Positions 20,014-30,041 of a stretch of DNA of 64,000 nt are shown one piece after another. The translations under genes and the position numbers were made by a program. The notes under the pieces were generated by a model that was not told the DNA's origin, searched no databases, and saw nothing but the letters and a program-made list of their open reading frames with translations. The first letter of the stretch is position 1. Each line of letters begins with the position of its first letter. The DNA comes from Candidatus Bathyarchaeia archaeon (GTDB lineage Archaea > Thermoproteota > Bathyarchaeia > Bathyarchaeales > Bathycorpusculaceae): assembly GCA_038883655.1 (NCBI GenBank), contig JAVZLQ010000003.1, positions 192,001-256,000 of the forward strand, read 5' to 3'.

Positions 20014-20832
20014 CTAAAGCATAGTCCTATGAAGAACAACTTTTGCAAGTATGTAAGAGATGAATTGTTTAATTTCGTTGAACGCCAGTTTTGATTTGCC
20101 TCTCTTACGGTTTACAAATATTATTGGAACCTCACCTAATCTAAATCCCCTAATGTTCGCCTGTCTTACCGTTTCTATCTGTATCTCGTAGGTCTGGCTG
20201 TGCAGATCATCGATTATGCCCTTGACAAGCTTTGTAGAGTAGCACCGAAAACCACTTGTGTAGTCGTAGATCCCAGCCTTTACAACAATTGCCGCAACGA
20301 AATTAGCAACCTTACTTATCACTCGGCGGATCATACTCCAGTCTACAGTCCCACCGCCGCTACGATACCGGCTGCCAATAACCAGATCATAACCCCTATG
20401 AAAAGCTGCAACCAAACGCGGGATATCATTTGGATTATGAGAATAATCCGCATCCATAGTTATAATGCACTTGGGAGCGTTAGGCAGAGACAGAAATATC
20501 CGAAAACCATCGGTTATAGCCGTTCCAAGCCCCAGCTTCTGCGGTCTCACATATAACAAAACGTTTTCATACTTCTCTTGTAAATCTCTAACAATGTTGG
20601 CTGTTCCATCTGGGCTTGAGTCGTCTATGACTAAAATGGAGACATTAAGGTTTAAACTTTCAATTTCTTCGATTAGGTTTTTAATATTAGGGGCTTCACA
20701 GTACGTCGGAAGGACAACACCCACATCAGAGGCTACACTCAAATCTCCTTCAACATTCTCTATTGAATTCACGTTAACTGAGTAACACTCCTTAACGTTC
20801 ATTTTATGTCTCATCGCCAGAATGGTCTTCAT
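20014..20832 (-). CDS. Polyprenol-phosphate mannose synthase-like GT2 (DPM1 family)
   Basis: LPTYCE, IDDSSPDGT, KLGLGTA, MDADYSH, GSRY, DYTSGFR, RKRGKSK. Confidence 0.9.
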   Translation of the reverse strand: MKTILAMRHKMNVKECYSVNVNSIENVEGDLSVASDVGVVLPTYCEAPNIKNLIEEIESLNLNVSILVIDDSSPDGTANIVRDLQEKYENVLLYVRPQKLGLGTAITDGFRIFLSLPNAPKCIITMDADYSHNPNDIPRLVAAFHRGYDLVIGSRYRSGGGTVDWSMIRRVISKVANFVAAIVVKAGIYDYTSGFRCYSTKLVKGIIDDLHSQTYEIQIETVRQANIRGFRLGEVPIIFVNRKRGKSKLAFNEIKQFISYILAKVVLHRTML

Positions 20833-20888
20833 TTAAGACGGCGTTCTGTATATAAATCTATCACCAAAAACGGCATTCACGCGCTTGT

Positions 20889-21935
20889 TTAGCACAGCCG
20901 CAGTTTCCTTTTGTAATAACCCAGTGGGTGGCGTATTGTTTTGCAAATCTCGTCAGGGTTTACGCATACTCCATGTGTTTGTAGCGTTTCACATTTTGGC
21001 GGGGTGTAGCGTGTTCTCGAGCCTCTTTCGCCGGCAATATGTTCAACTTGGTATTGAGTCATTCTTTCGTTGAAGTCGGAGAAGTTTCTGAATAAGTCGA
21101 TTACGTTTTCGGTTGGCATGCCGACGTTTATCAGGAAGGATGTTAGAGTGAACCTTCCTACATGCGATAAGTGGCGCCCAACAGTGACGGATTCGTAGAG
21201 GGATTTAATGCATGGAGGAAAAGCTTCATTAACAATTGTTTTTGGTAGACCTTCGATTTCTGCTTCGCCTATTTTTTCGATGGATAATTTTCTTATTTTC
21301 TCGGCTATTTCAACAATTTCTATTGGAAACTTTAGTTTATCCTTAACCTCTAGTCGTTTCTCAACATATCTGCGAACCTCTTCGCTTAACAGCCTCGCGG
21401 TTTCGCCCCGCGTAATAAAGACACTTCCCTTAGATAACAAGCGGTTTACGAGTTTCCATTTTTTGTCCCGCAAGTGAATGGTGTTTCTTAAGTAATCGGC
21501 GAAGTTTAAACTAAATTCATATGGTGCAAAGGCAATGTTGTCGATTGGAGATATTTTCCACCCGAAATTTTGAGCAACAGCAAGAAGCTTTTCTCTTGAT
21601 TCGACTTTGAGGTCATTAAAAACCTTTTTTGCTTCTGCAAGGGCGTATCTTTTTTTAATGAAGGAGTTTTCTGTTGCTATTGCCAGAATTATTGCCGTTG
21701 GGAAGGATAAGATTTCTATATCTTCGTTTCGCGAGTCTCCACTAACAATAGCATATAAAACCGCTTCTTCGAGTCTCCCTTGCGCACGTTTGAGAACTGC
21801 ATTGAACTGGGGGTCAACTAGTTCTTCAACTTTAAAATCTAGTTCTTTCACGTATTTGCCTGCTTCTTTTAAGAAGGGGTATTTTGCCAAATCATTTTTT
21901 GTGAATTTTGTTGTGGATTGCATTTGTTTGTTCAC
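20889..21935 (-). CDS. priL: DNA primase large subunit
   Basis: AKYPFL, FPPCI, LSHVGRF, DFNERMTQYQVEHIAG, YTPPKC..L...C....C (FeS domain). Confidence 0.95.
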   Translation of the reverse strand: MNKQMQSTTKFTKNDLAKYPFLKEAGKYVKELDFKVEELVDPQFNAVLKRAQGRLEEAVLYAIVSGDSRNEDIEILSFPTAIILAIATENSFIKKRYALAEAKKVFNDLKVESREKLLAVAQNFGWKISPIDNIAFAPYEFSLNFADYLRNTIHLRDKKWKLVNRLLSKGSVFITRGETARLLSEEVRRYVEKRLEVKDKLKFPIEIVEIAEKIRKLSIEKIGEAEIEGLPKTIVNEAFPPCIKSLYESVTVGRHLSHVGRFTLTSFLINVGMPTENVIDLFRNFSDFNERMTQYQVEHIAGERGSRTRYTPPKCETLQTHGVCVNPDEICKTIRHPLGYYKRKLRLC

Positions 21936-21936
21936 G

Positions 21937-22692
21937 TTATTCTGTTTCGATTCTTGGCGCCAGATAAAATACTAGTTTGCCTTCTTTTGCTTGTTGAAAG
22001 TCGAGTTTGATGGGCATGTCTTTTGAAAATTCTAATGTCACAACTTCTGATGTCGCGGATGCGGCCTTTATAATTTCGGAAAGGTAGCTTAGGCTGAAGG
22101 TTGCCTTTGATGGTTCTTTAACTTCTAAATCTAGAAGTGCGTCGCTTCCCTTTTGCAGTGTTATTGTGGCGCCCATTAGGTCTCCAGAAGCATTAAAAAC
22201 TAGTTTTTCGCTGTCCGCTTCTATGCGCACATGGTCGCTCACGAGCTGAGCGTCTTCTATTGCTTGGCTTAAGCCGTCGGTTGTCGTTTTGGCTTTTACG
22301 TTGAAGGTTAGTTTTGGCGTTGGAACTTCCTCTTCAGAAGCCTCCAGTGTCGGCATTGTAAAGTTTCTTGCATACTTGCCAGTTATCTTCACTTGTAAGC
22401 GCCCAGTTTTCTCGTCCGGAGAAAGCTCAACAACCTCGTCTTTGCTTGTTCTCTTTAGCAGTTTTAGCAGTTCGCCTATGTTTATGCACATTTTTGTTGG
22501 TTCCGTGCATTCGTACTCTTCGAAAACCGTTTTTGGCCATTCAAAGTCAACCATTGCAACGCGGGACGGGTCCATAGCCCTCAGCTTTAGGCCTTCTGGT
22601 TCGACTTTGAATGTTGCTTCGTCTACGAGTATGGATATGGCTGTTGCCATGTCCCGTAATAGTTTAGCATCTGAAACTTTGATTCTAAACAT
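21937..22692 (-). CDS. pcn: DNA polymerase sliding clamp PCNA
   Basis: LVDEA, AMDPSRVAMV, FSLSYL, DMPI, FYLAPRIE. Confidence 0.97.
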   Translation of the reverse strand: MFRIKVSDAKLLRDMATAISILVDEATFKVEPEGLKLRAMDPSRVAMVDFEWPKTVFEEYECTEPTKMCINIGELLKLLKRTSKDEVVELSPDEKTGRLQVKITGKYARNFTMPTLEASEEEVPTPKLTFNVKAKTTTDGLSQAIEDAQLVSDHVRIEADSEKLVFNASGDLMGATITLQKGSDALLDLEVKEPSKATFSLSYLSEIIKAASATSEVVTLEFSKDMPIKLDFQQAKEGKLVFYLAPRIETE

Positions 22693-22787
22693 GTTAATCC
22701 CTTTTCTAATGGTATGTAGTTAGCAATAAAAGGCTTTACCATGCTCTTAAAACTTTGTTTGGAAACGGTGCAGCTTTTTCTTAGTAT

Positions 22788-23138
22788 TTAGCTATATTCT
22801 CTAAACGTGTAGCCGCATTTTGTGCAACGTAAAAATTGTGTTGAGGATTCGTCGGCGCCTCGTGTTTGTACTTGCCAAACGTAGGCTGTGTTATTTCCAC
22901 ATTTTGGACATTCAATGCGTACTGTTGGCAACGTCCGCAGTTTCTGCTCTTCTTTTCCTATGACTGCTACAAGTTGCTGAGGTTTGTGTTCTATTACTTT
23001 TGCTACTTTCGGTTCAACCTTTTTTGGTGGAGCCTTCTTGTAACCGCACTTTGGGCAAGCCATTACAATTGACGATTCTTTTCCGCTTTTACTTTTCTTT
23101 GGTACCAGACGAGAACCACACTTGGGACAAAATTCCAT
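22788..23138 (-). CDS. tfs: Transcription elongation/cleavage factor TFS
   Basis: Two Zn ribbons and QTRGADE acidic hairpin. Confidence 0.95.
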   Translation of the reverse strand: MEFCPKCGSRLVPKKSKSGKESSIVMACPKCGYKKAPPKKVEPKVAKVIEHKPQQLVAVIGKEEQKLRTLPTVRIECPKCGNNTAYVWQVQTRGADESSTQFLRCTKCGYTFREYS

Positions 23139-23219
23139 AGCCTTATTACTCCGCTTTCCGTCTGTTTTTCCTTAACGTGGCTCCTTTTAAACCTTTTCTT
23201 GCTTGAATAAGTATTAGGG

Positions 23220-23825
23220 TTAAACATTACTTATTCCAGATGCTATAAGGTGCGCCACACGTAAAGCCTCGGGAATATTGCTCTGCGTTGAAGTTAGCTG
23301 CAAAATTTTTTCAGCGTCTTCTTTTAATATGCCAGAAACTTGCATGTAGATTTTCTCGCTTTTGTTCCTTGTAGAAACTTCGTGTATTTCGCCAGCGTTT
23401 TGGATTGCTTTCCACCTTTTTTCACTTTTGGGCAGTTTTTTAAGCGCTTCACGGATTTCTTTGAAGCTTGGTTTTTCTTTGGTGACTGCTATTATTGGGA
23501 GGTTTGTTTTTTCAAAAAGCTCTTTTATGTCTATTACGTTAAAGCCTGCAAAGGTTATTCCGTTCAGCATTATGACTCTTAACTGTTTGTAGTGTGGCGA
23601 GTTAAGCACCATGCTTGATATTTTCTCGGTAGCGTCGAAACCGTCCACTTTAACCGTCGTATGCATGACTCCGTCAAGCCAGTATCCACCGCGAAAGACA
23701 ACACCCACAACTGGTACAAGTACCTTTTTATGGGGGATGAACACGCCGTCGTCCACGCCGAGCACACGAATTTCGGGTTTAATTACTCGGAACCGTTTGC
23801 AAAACAAGCTTCTCGCCAGTAACAC
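23220..23825 (-). CDS. DUF99 family protein (endonuclease V-like fold)
   Basis: RVLGVDDG, VDGFDAT, GITFAGFNVID, PEALRVAHLIA; start codon uncertain. Confidence 0.85.
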   Translation of the reverse strand: MLLARSLFCKRFRVIKPEIRVLGVDDGVFIPHKKVLVPVVGVVFRGGYWLDGVMHTTVKVDGFDATEKISSMVLNSPHYKQLRVIMLNGITFAGFNVIDIKELFEKTNLPIIAVTKEKPSFKEIREALKKLPKSEKRWKAIQNAGEIHEVSTRNKSEKIYMQVSGILKEDAEKILQLTSTQSNIPEALRVAHLIASGISNV

Positions 23826-23867
23826 AGTATTGGATAAGGCATTATAAAGTTTAACTAGTAATATTGT

Positions 23868-24281
23868 ATGGAAGTGGGGAGTCTCGTGGAGAAAAAAAGC
23901 AGGATATTTCCGTTTGTCAGAACTTATAAGAGCCTAACAGAAGTTTTAACGGATCATAAGCTTGCATCGTTGGGTGACGTGTACGTGAACTTTGTTTATG
24001 CGCTGGCGTTGTCAAATAAGAGGCGAGTGCCTTCTGGCGCGAAGGTTAAGGGAAGCATTCTTGCTGAAGCTATTAAGAAGGCAGCTCTGAGGGAGTTCTT
24101 GCCATCGAGAATGGAGCGACATCTACTTGCAGATGCAGCTGAAGCGTTGATAGTTTATGCTTGGCTTCATAATTTTGTAGTGTTAGAAGAAAGCGTCTCC
24201 ATCCTAGAGAAGTTCGATGATCCGGTGGAAGGATTTAGCCATTTGCTGATGGAAATAAAGAACAGAATTAGGTTTTCTTAA
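23868..24281 (+). CDS. Archaeal RNase III-domain (mini-III-like) protein
   Basis: LASLGD.YVNF and LADAAEAL match the RNase III signature halves. Confidence 0.7.
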   Translation: MEVGSLVEKKSRIFPFVRTYKSLTEVLTDHKLASLGDVYVNFVYALALSNKRRVPSGAKVKGSILAEAIKKAALREFLPSRMERHLLADAAEALIVYAWLHNFVVLEESVSILEKFDDPVEGFSHLLMEIKNRIRFS

Positions 24282-24552
24282 GGGCTTTCTCCAGTTCAAC
24301 TTTAAACTCTTTATTTATGTTGCGTGCCCTTTCTATAGCTTTTAACAGAGCTTCTTCTGGCTTTACCTTTCCTTTTGTGCGAATATATATTACTGGGTTT
24401 GATGCTAGTGGATGTGGTATGTCATAGCCAGCCAAATCTACATTTTCATCTTCTGATAGTATTTTCTGTAGCATGTTGCACAGCGTATGTCCGATGCCTT
24501 CAACCTCGATTTTAAGCTCGTTTGAAGTGCCCTTTAAGACTTTGATTTTCAA
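24268..24552 (-). CDS. rpoL: RNA polymerase subunit Rpo11 (L)
   Basis: EGIGHTLCN, AGYDIPHPL. Confidence 0.95.
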   Translation of the reverse strand: MKIKVLKGTSNELKIEVEGIGHTLCNMLQKILSEDENVDLAGYDIPHPLASNPVIYIRTKGKVKPEEALLKAIERARNINKEFKVELEKALKKT

Positions 24553-25134
24553 TTAGACAACCCCTTTTCCATAATCTAAGGCTGTTTTGCGCTTTTCAAT
24601 TTTTCCACATTTAGGACAGCGCATTGCATTCCGCCATAATCCTAGCATAAAACCACACTGCGAACAGAAGGCGTAAATGACGCCTAAATTTCTGTCTTTG
24701 ACGGATAAATGGTAAATCCTATTTTTGTCGCTTATGACTTTTGCTCTCATTATGTCGCCTGGCTTGCAAGCATCATACATCGATTCAACATAGCGCATTT
24801 GAACATCAGACACGTGAAGAACGCCTGTGAAGAAACCAGAAAGCATTTTGCCTCCGACTTTAAAAATTCGTACAGCTGCATTTTCGTTTTGGACGCTTGC
24901 CACCTGCCCTAAAACTATGCTTCCAACGTTTGGCACTCTCGCGCCGTGTGCCAGCGGGTAAACTGAAACGCGCTTATTGAAAAAATCGAGTAGAGCTCTT
25001 CCAACAACTTTGGCGTATATAACTCCATCTTTAACGTATGTTCCAGCATCTGGAATGAACTCTTCAATAACACCCAGCCGTTCTCCGGGTAATACAAATT
25101 TGCCGCTTTCTCGATTCTTATCATCAAAGCTCAT
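24553..25134 (-). CDS. csl4: Exosome subunit Csl4
   Basis: VLPGERLG..EEF..G.GTY, S1 domain (LHVS..GDIMRAKV), Zn ribbon C..C..C..C..EKRK. Confidence 0.95.
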   Translation of the reverse strand: MSFDDKNRESGKFVLPGERLGVIEEFIPDAGTYVKDGVIYAKVVGRALLDFFNKRVSVYPLAHGARVPNVGSIVLGQVASVQNENAAVRIFKVGGKMLSGFFTGVLHVSDVQMRYVESMYDACKPGDIMRAKVISDKNRIYHLSVKDRNLGVIYAFCSQCGFMLGLWRNAMRCPKCGKIEKRKTALDYGKGVV

Positions 25135-25243
25135 TTAAATTCCCTTTTTATTACTCCAAATTAAAGTTGCTTTGAAATATTGCGGACGTTAAACGTGAAC
25201 AGCACCAATGTAGTTTATCACACAAGTCAATAAACCTTTTGAT

Positions 25244-25930
25244 TCAGCGTTTCTCGATAACATATAAGTCCACCAAGAAACTATGCTTCTTTCTTGTGTG
25301 GAACGGAAACATGTACGGAATAGTCATCACCATAGAGTATACTGCAATTATCCTTCCGCCTGCGTTTTCAATGAAATCCTTAATAAATAAAGAAGGAGCT
25401 GCTGCAACAAAACCAGATGCCGATGTCTTCACTTTCTTCATGAAATTTTTATCCTTGCAAAGGCTTTTATGAAGCGAATATACCCTTCTGCCTATCGCTA
25501 AAGCTTTTTCCAGAAATTTTGTGTCAGCCTTGCGTTTCTGCACACCAAAAGGCGGATTTTGCAATACCGTGTCGAACTTTCCGCGAACAGCGTTTATGTC
25601 AGCATTAATCCATTGTACCCTATTTTTTAGTTTTAGCTTGACGGAGTTTTCGAAAGCCAACCTTATGGCTGTTTTGTCGATGTCTACGCCCACCACGTTT
25701 TTTGCTCCTAAAAATGCTGCTCCCAGAGCTAGTCGTCCAGTACCGCAACCTACATCCACAACCGTTTTGTTGACAATATCGTCGTAATTGTAGGCTGCCA
25801 TGTAAAGCATTGTTGCTGCAACATCTACTGGAATTGTGTATTGTTCAAGGTTTGCTTTTGGGGATGGATGCTGCTGAATCTGGGATAGCAATAGTTCCAA
25901 GTCTAGTTTTCGAACCAGCCTCTTTTGCAT
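25244..25930 (-). CDS. METTL5-like N6-adenine RNA methyltransferase
   Basis: LEQYTIP, DVGCGTG, QNPPFG, YSLH, FHTRK. Confidence 0.88.
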   Translation of the reverse strand: MQKRLVRKLDLELLLSQIQQHPSPKANLEQYTIPVDVAATMLYMAAYNYDDIVNKTVVDVGCGTGRLALGAAFLGAKNVVGVDIDKTAIRLAFENSVKLKLKNRVQWINADINAVRGKFDTVLQNPPFGVQKRKADTKFLEKALAIGRRVYSLHKSLCKDKNFMKKVKTSASGFVAAAPSLFIKDFIENAGGRIIAVYSMVMTIPYMFPFHTRKKHSFLVDLYVIEKR

Positions 25931-26904
25931 AACTCTTCCCAAGATAATTTGCCAACCACAACCAGCGCTTCGTTCACTGTTAACATTGGCTTTTTAAATC
26001 CGGAAGCATCGTCAAGTGATATCCTTGGACATGCCGTGTTGACGTAGACGTCTATCGTTGGAAACTCCATTAACACTTCTGGAGTGACCTCCCTGACAGC
26101 AAAAAGGCATACGCTTTTGCCCTTCTCCTCAAGCTTCTGCTTTAGATCCACTGCTTTTTCAAACTGTTTTTGTCCCGGCTTCAAACCCACCAAAACAGCA
26201 ATGTTTTTCGCTTGTTTGGCTTCTTCTATACTAGCCCACCGCTGCTTTACTACTTTCTCCGCATCCTTGTTGATGGAAAAAGCTGTTTTTTCGTATGGGT
26301 CTGCAGTTATCGTGGGTTTAGATGTTGAAAGGGCAACGCCTATTGCGTGGAAACGTCCGCCGCCCACAAAAAGGAAGGCTTCAACGTCTTTCGCTATTGA
26401 CGTTGCATTGCTGTAGTTGCATCCAATCACTTGTCCAGGATAGTTTAGTTGTCCGGCATCGCCTACGATAACGGCTTTTCCAGCATGCAACAGCACATCT
26501 TTAATGCTGTCAATTGCTTGTACATGCTGCACCGTTGTCGTTAACCCTACCTTGCACCACTTCTCAAGCAACGGCAAAGCTTTTTCTACGGTCTCTTCGA
26601 CGCTCACAGTTGCCCTAGCCTCAACGTAAATTGTCGGAACCCGCTCATGTTTTAACATTCTAGAATGTCCATAATGAATTAGGAGGTCAGCGCCTAGACT
26701 TTCCGCGTCAACCGTTGCCAAGTCGCATGCTCCATAACATGGGTCTGCGGAAATGATTGGCAATGCTCCAGCCTTTTCAATTACTTTTGCAAGTCGTGGA
26801 GCTTCTGGTTTTAGGCCTTCTGGAAGCTGAACCAAAACACGTTTCGCCCCGAGCCTTTGTATTTCCCGCTTTATTCTTTCCTCTTCAAGGTCAAAGAGTC
26901 TCAT
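25903..26904 (-). CDS. dph2: Diphthamide biosynthesis enzyme Dph2
   Basis: QLPEGLK, CYGACD, HYGH, GQVIGC, GGGRFH, KPGQ, TACPR. Confidence 0.95.
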   Translation of the reverse strand: MRLFDLEEERIKREIQRLGAKRVLVQLPEGLKPEAPRLAKVIEKAGALPIISADPCYGACDLATVDAESLGADLLIHYGHSRMLKHERVPTIYVEARATVSVEETVEKALPLLEKWCKVGLTTTVQHVQAIDSIKDVLLHAGKAVIVGDAGQLNYPGQVIGCNYSNATSIAKDVEAFLFVGGGRFHAIGVALSTSKPTITADPYEKTAFSINKDAEKVVKQRWASIEEAKQAKNIAVLVGLKPGQKQFEKAVDLKQKLEEKGKSVCLFAVREVTPEVLMEFPTIDVYVNTACPRISLDDASGFKKPMLTVNEALVVVGKLSWEELCKRGWFEN

Positions 26905-26954
26905 TTAATCAGACCCTTAAACTTGAAAAACAAGGTTGAAGAGATCACCATCTC

Positions 26955-29417
26955 TTATTCTGTTTCTTCATCCCACCGGGGCGTCCATTCCCATTCACGT
27001 TTGGGTTTTCGCTGTGGGCGCCCGAGGTTTCTCTCCTTTTGTTCCGCAAGCTGCTCAAGGATTATCTTTTGCTCTATGCTTGCAACAAGCTTTTTGGTGG
27101 CAACAACAGCGTCCGCGTTTACTGAGATGCTATCGATTCCAGCCCTTACTAGGAATTCTGTGAAGTCTGGAAGGTTTGATGGCCCTTCTCCACATATCGA
27201 CACTGTGCAGCCATTAGCGTGTGCCACTTTGATTAGGTGGGCGATTATTCTTTTTACTGCCGGGTCTCTTTCGTCAAAATATCCCATCTGTCCTAAGCGT
27301 TCAGAGTCCCTGTCAATCATCAGTATGCCCTGCGTCATGTCATTTGAACCTATTGAAAAGCCATCGCAAAGTTTTGAAAACTCGTCTGCAAGTATCGCGA
27401 TAGAAGGTGTCTCAGCCATGAACCAAACTTGGAAGTCTCTTGACCTTTCTAAGCCTTCTTCGCGCATAATTTCGAGGCATTTCTTGGCTTCCCATAACGT
27501 GCGAACAACTGGAAGCATAACCCAGACGTTCTTGAGTCCCCATTCCTTTCTGCACTTGTTTATTGCTTGACATTCAAGCCTAAACGCCTTTTCGTACCAT
27601 GGGCTTATGTAGCGGCTGCAGCCTCTCCATCCAAGCATCGGATTCGCTTCGACAATTTCATATTTTTCGCCGCCCTTCAACTCCCTATACTCGTTGGTTT
27701 TGAAGTCGCTGAAGCGGACAACCACTGGACGTGGCTGTATGGCTCTCGCGACTGTGGCGATTCCTTCTGCAAGTTTGTCAACAAACTTTTGTGATTGCCC
27801 AGTTTCAACTAGGTACAGTGGATGTTCGCCTATGTAGCTGGCTAATATGAACTCTATGCGCATTAGTCCAATGCCTTCGAAGGGCAAGTCTTTGTATTCC
27901 TCGATTTTTTCTGGGACGCCCAAATTCATGTATATTTTTGTTGCAGTTACCGGCACTGAATAGACGATTCCTCCACCAGTAGAAGTAGTTGGTGAGGCAG
28001 TCGCAGTAGATGATGAAAGCTGCTCTGTCAGTGTTGGCAGGACACCTTCATAAACGACGCCGCTTCTGGCGTCCACGGTGTACTCTTTACCAGTAACCAT
28101 AAGTTTTGTGGCTTTCTCTGTTCCAACAACGCATGGTATGCCAAGCTCTCGGCTGACTATAGCTGCGTGGCATGTTACTCCGCCCTTGTCTGTTACTATT
28201 GCGCCTGCAAGCTTCATGAATGGCACATAATCTGGATTAGTCATATCCGTTACAAGAATGTCTCCCTTTTGCATTATCTTTGCCGCTTCTTGCGGGTTCA
28301 AAACCACTTTTGCCACACCCACACCAAAACCTCTCTTTCCCGCAGCTATACCCCTAACAACGACCTTAAGCATCTCAGCAGGCTTTTCCACAACCTCTTT
28401 TTCTGGAAGCTGCGCCGCCTTCACGCTCCAAACCGTTTCAGGTCTCGACTGTACAATGAAGACGTTGTTTGGGAATGGCAGGTCGCTGTCAATTGCCCAT
28501 TCTATATCTTGGGCTTTTCCATAGTGCTGCTCTATCCGTTTTGCAAGTTCTGCCAACTTAAGTATTTCCTCGTCGTTCAGGCATGGTTGCTCCTGTTTTT
28601 CTGGAGGAACTTCAACGTGAACTGTTTTGCCAGTTTTTGGGTCACGTACGTATTGGACGATTTTCTTTGCGATGTGCTTCTCAATAACTTTTAATGTCCT
28701 TTTATCAACAATAAAGTCGTCTGGGGTCACAGCGCCAGAGACAACAGCTTCGCCTAACCCGTAGTTGCCCTCGATAACTATCTGATTTGGGTCGCCAGTA
28801 ACGGGGTTTATGGTGAACATGACGCCGGCTACTTTAGAGTTAACCATTTTCTGGATGCCAACGCTTATGAAGACTTTTTCATGGGCGAAGCCTTTCTCTG
28901 AACGGTAAAAGATTGCACGTGGCGTGAAGAGACTTGACCAGCATTTCAGGGTTTTTTCCACAACCTCATCGGCGCCCCTAACATTAAGGTATGTCTCTTG
29001 TTGACCAGCGAAGGACGCATCAGGAAGATCTTCGGCTGTGGCGCTTGACCTGACGGCAACAAAAACGTCTTTCATGTTAAGCCGTCTGCACAATTCTTCG
29101 TAGGCTATTCTGATGGCGCTTTCAATTTCCTTCGGTACAGGTGTTGCCTCTATTAATTCACGAATCTTTTTTGAAGCTATCTCGTATTGTTTCGGATCAC
29201 TTGGGTTTGTAACGGTCTCTTGTATTATCTCATATATTTTTGCGGCTATTCCCGTCTCTTCGATGAAGCGCTTGTAGGCATAGGCGGTAACGGCGAAGCC
29301 TGGCGGAACTGGTATGCCTGCGCTGATCATTTCGCCTAAATTGGCGTTTTTGCCGCCTACGGATGGTACGTCTGTTTTCCTAAGGTTTTCGAACCATATC
29401 ACTAAATCTTTCTTCAT
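26955..29417 (-). CDS. ppsA: Phosphoenolpyruvate synthase (pyruvate,water dikinase)
   Basis: VGGKNANLGE, VRSSATAEDLP.ASFAGQQ, GGVTCHAAIVSRELG, NPMLGWRG, SIGSNDMTQ, ICGE; start reset to ATG 29417. Confidence 0.95.
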   Translation of the reverse strand: MKKDLVIWFENLRKTDVPSVGGKNANLGEMISAGIPVPPGFAVTAYAYKRFIEETGIAAKIYEIIQETVTNPSDPKQYEIASKKIRELIEATPVPKEIESAIRIAYEELCRRLNMKDVFVAVRSSATAEDLPDASFAGQQETYLNVRGADEVVEKTLKCWSSLFTPRAIFYRSEKGFAHEKVFISVGIQKMVNSKVAGVMFTINPVTGDPNQIVIEGNYGLGEAVVSGAVTPDDFIVDKRTLKVIEKHIAKKIVQYVRDPKTGKTVHVEVPPEKQEQPCLNDEEILKLAELAKRIEQHYGKAQDIEWAIDSDLPFPNNVFIVQSRPETVWSVKAAQLPEKEVVEKPAEMLKVVVRGIAAGKRGFGVGVAKVVLNPQEAAKIMQKGDILVTDMTNPDYVPFMKLAGAIVTDKGGVTCHAAIVSRELGIPCVVGTEKATKLMVTGKEYTVDARSGVVYEGVLPTLTEQLSSSTATASPTTSTGGGIVYSVPVTATKIYMNLGVPEKIEEYKDLPFEGIGLMRIEFILASYIGEHPLYLVETGQSQKFVDKLAEGIATVARAIQPRPVVVRFSDFKTNEYRELKGGEKYEIVEANPMLGWRGCSRYISPWYEKAFRLECQAINKCRKEWGLKNVWVMLPVVRTLWEAKKCLEIMREEGLERSRDFQVWFMAETPSIAILADEFSKLCDGFSIGSNDMTQGILMIDRDSERLGQMGYFDERDPAVKRIIAHLIKVAHANGCTVSICGEGPSNLPDFTEFLVRAGIDSISVNADAVVATKKLVASIEQKIILEQLAEQKERNLGRPQRKPKREWEWTPRWDEETE

Positions 29418-29418
29418 T

Positions 29419-29937
29419 TCAGTCAATGTTTTTCGCCTCTTCTTTCTGGGCTTTTTCAATTACTATTCTACATGGTATTGGAAGCTTTGCGCTTCCTCGC
29501 CTTAAGGCTTCTTTTGCAACTTCAAGTCCATCTGCGTTAACACAAACGGTGATTATTGTTTGTTTAGGTTCAACGCGAGCTGCAGTTCCTATGGGTTTTC
29601 CAAAGGCTCTGCGCATGCCGTCCTGAAGGCGGTCTGCATGAGCACCAAAAATCATTTTATTTTCTCTAAGTATTACGTGTGGATACGGATGAACTTGTAA
29701 TCGATAATTGTCTGAAAGCTTCTCCATGAGAAGACGATTTGTAGCCACACGTGCCGCTTCAAGGGCGTTGTGGCGGATTTGGGCTTTTTCAAGTGCTATA
29801 AGTTTGGCTTCATATTCGAATTGAGCTTTTGTATTTCCCATGGTGAATTTTGTTATTTTCGGCTGAGGGAAACCCTTTACAAACTCTCTCCTAGTGTAGG
29901 GTTGCCCCTTTACTTCTCTGTAGTTTTTTGCGCGCAT
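29419..29937 (-). CDS. rpl10e: 50S ribosomal protein L10e (uL16)
   Basis: QIRHNALEAAR, LRENKM..GAHADRLQDGMRRAFGKP.G.AARV. Confidence 0.97.
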   Translation of the reverse strand: MRAKNYREVKGQPYTRREFVKGFPQPKITKFTMGNTKAQFEYEAKLIALEKAQIRHNALEAARVATNRLLMEKLSDNYRLQVHPYPHVILRENKMIFGAHADRLQDGMRRAFGKPIGTAARVEPKQTIITVCVNADGLEVAKEALRRGSAKLPIPCRIVIEKAQKEEAKNID

Positions 29938-30041
29938 ACGGTTTCCCCTTCAGCATACCAGAACCGTTGTATTTAAACGATTTGTTGATGAAATGTTTTG
30001 ATTAAGGTTATGAATTTAAAATATTGTTTCTAAATTAACGA

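Noticed and set aside
12375-20888. Island considered as a mobile element
   Set aside because: No integrase, transposase, tRNA site or terminal repeats visible at either junction.
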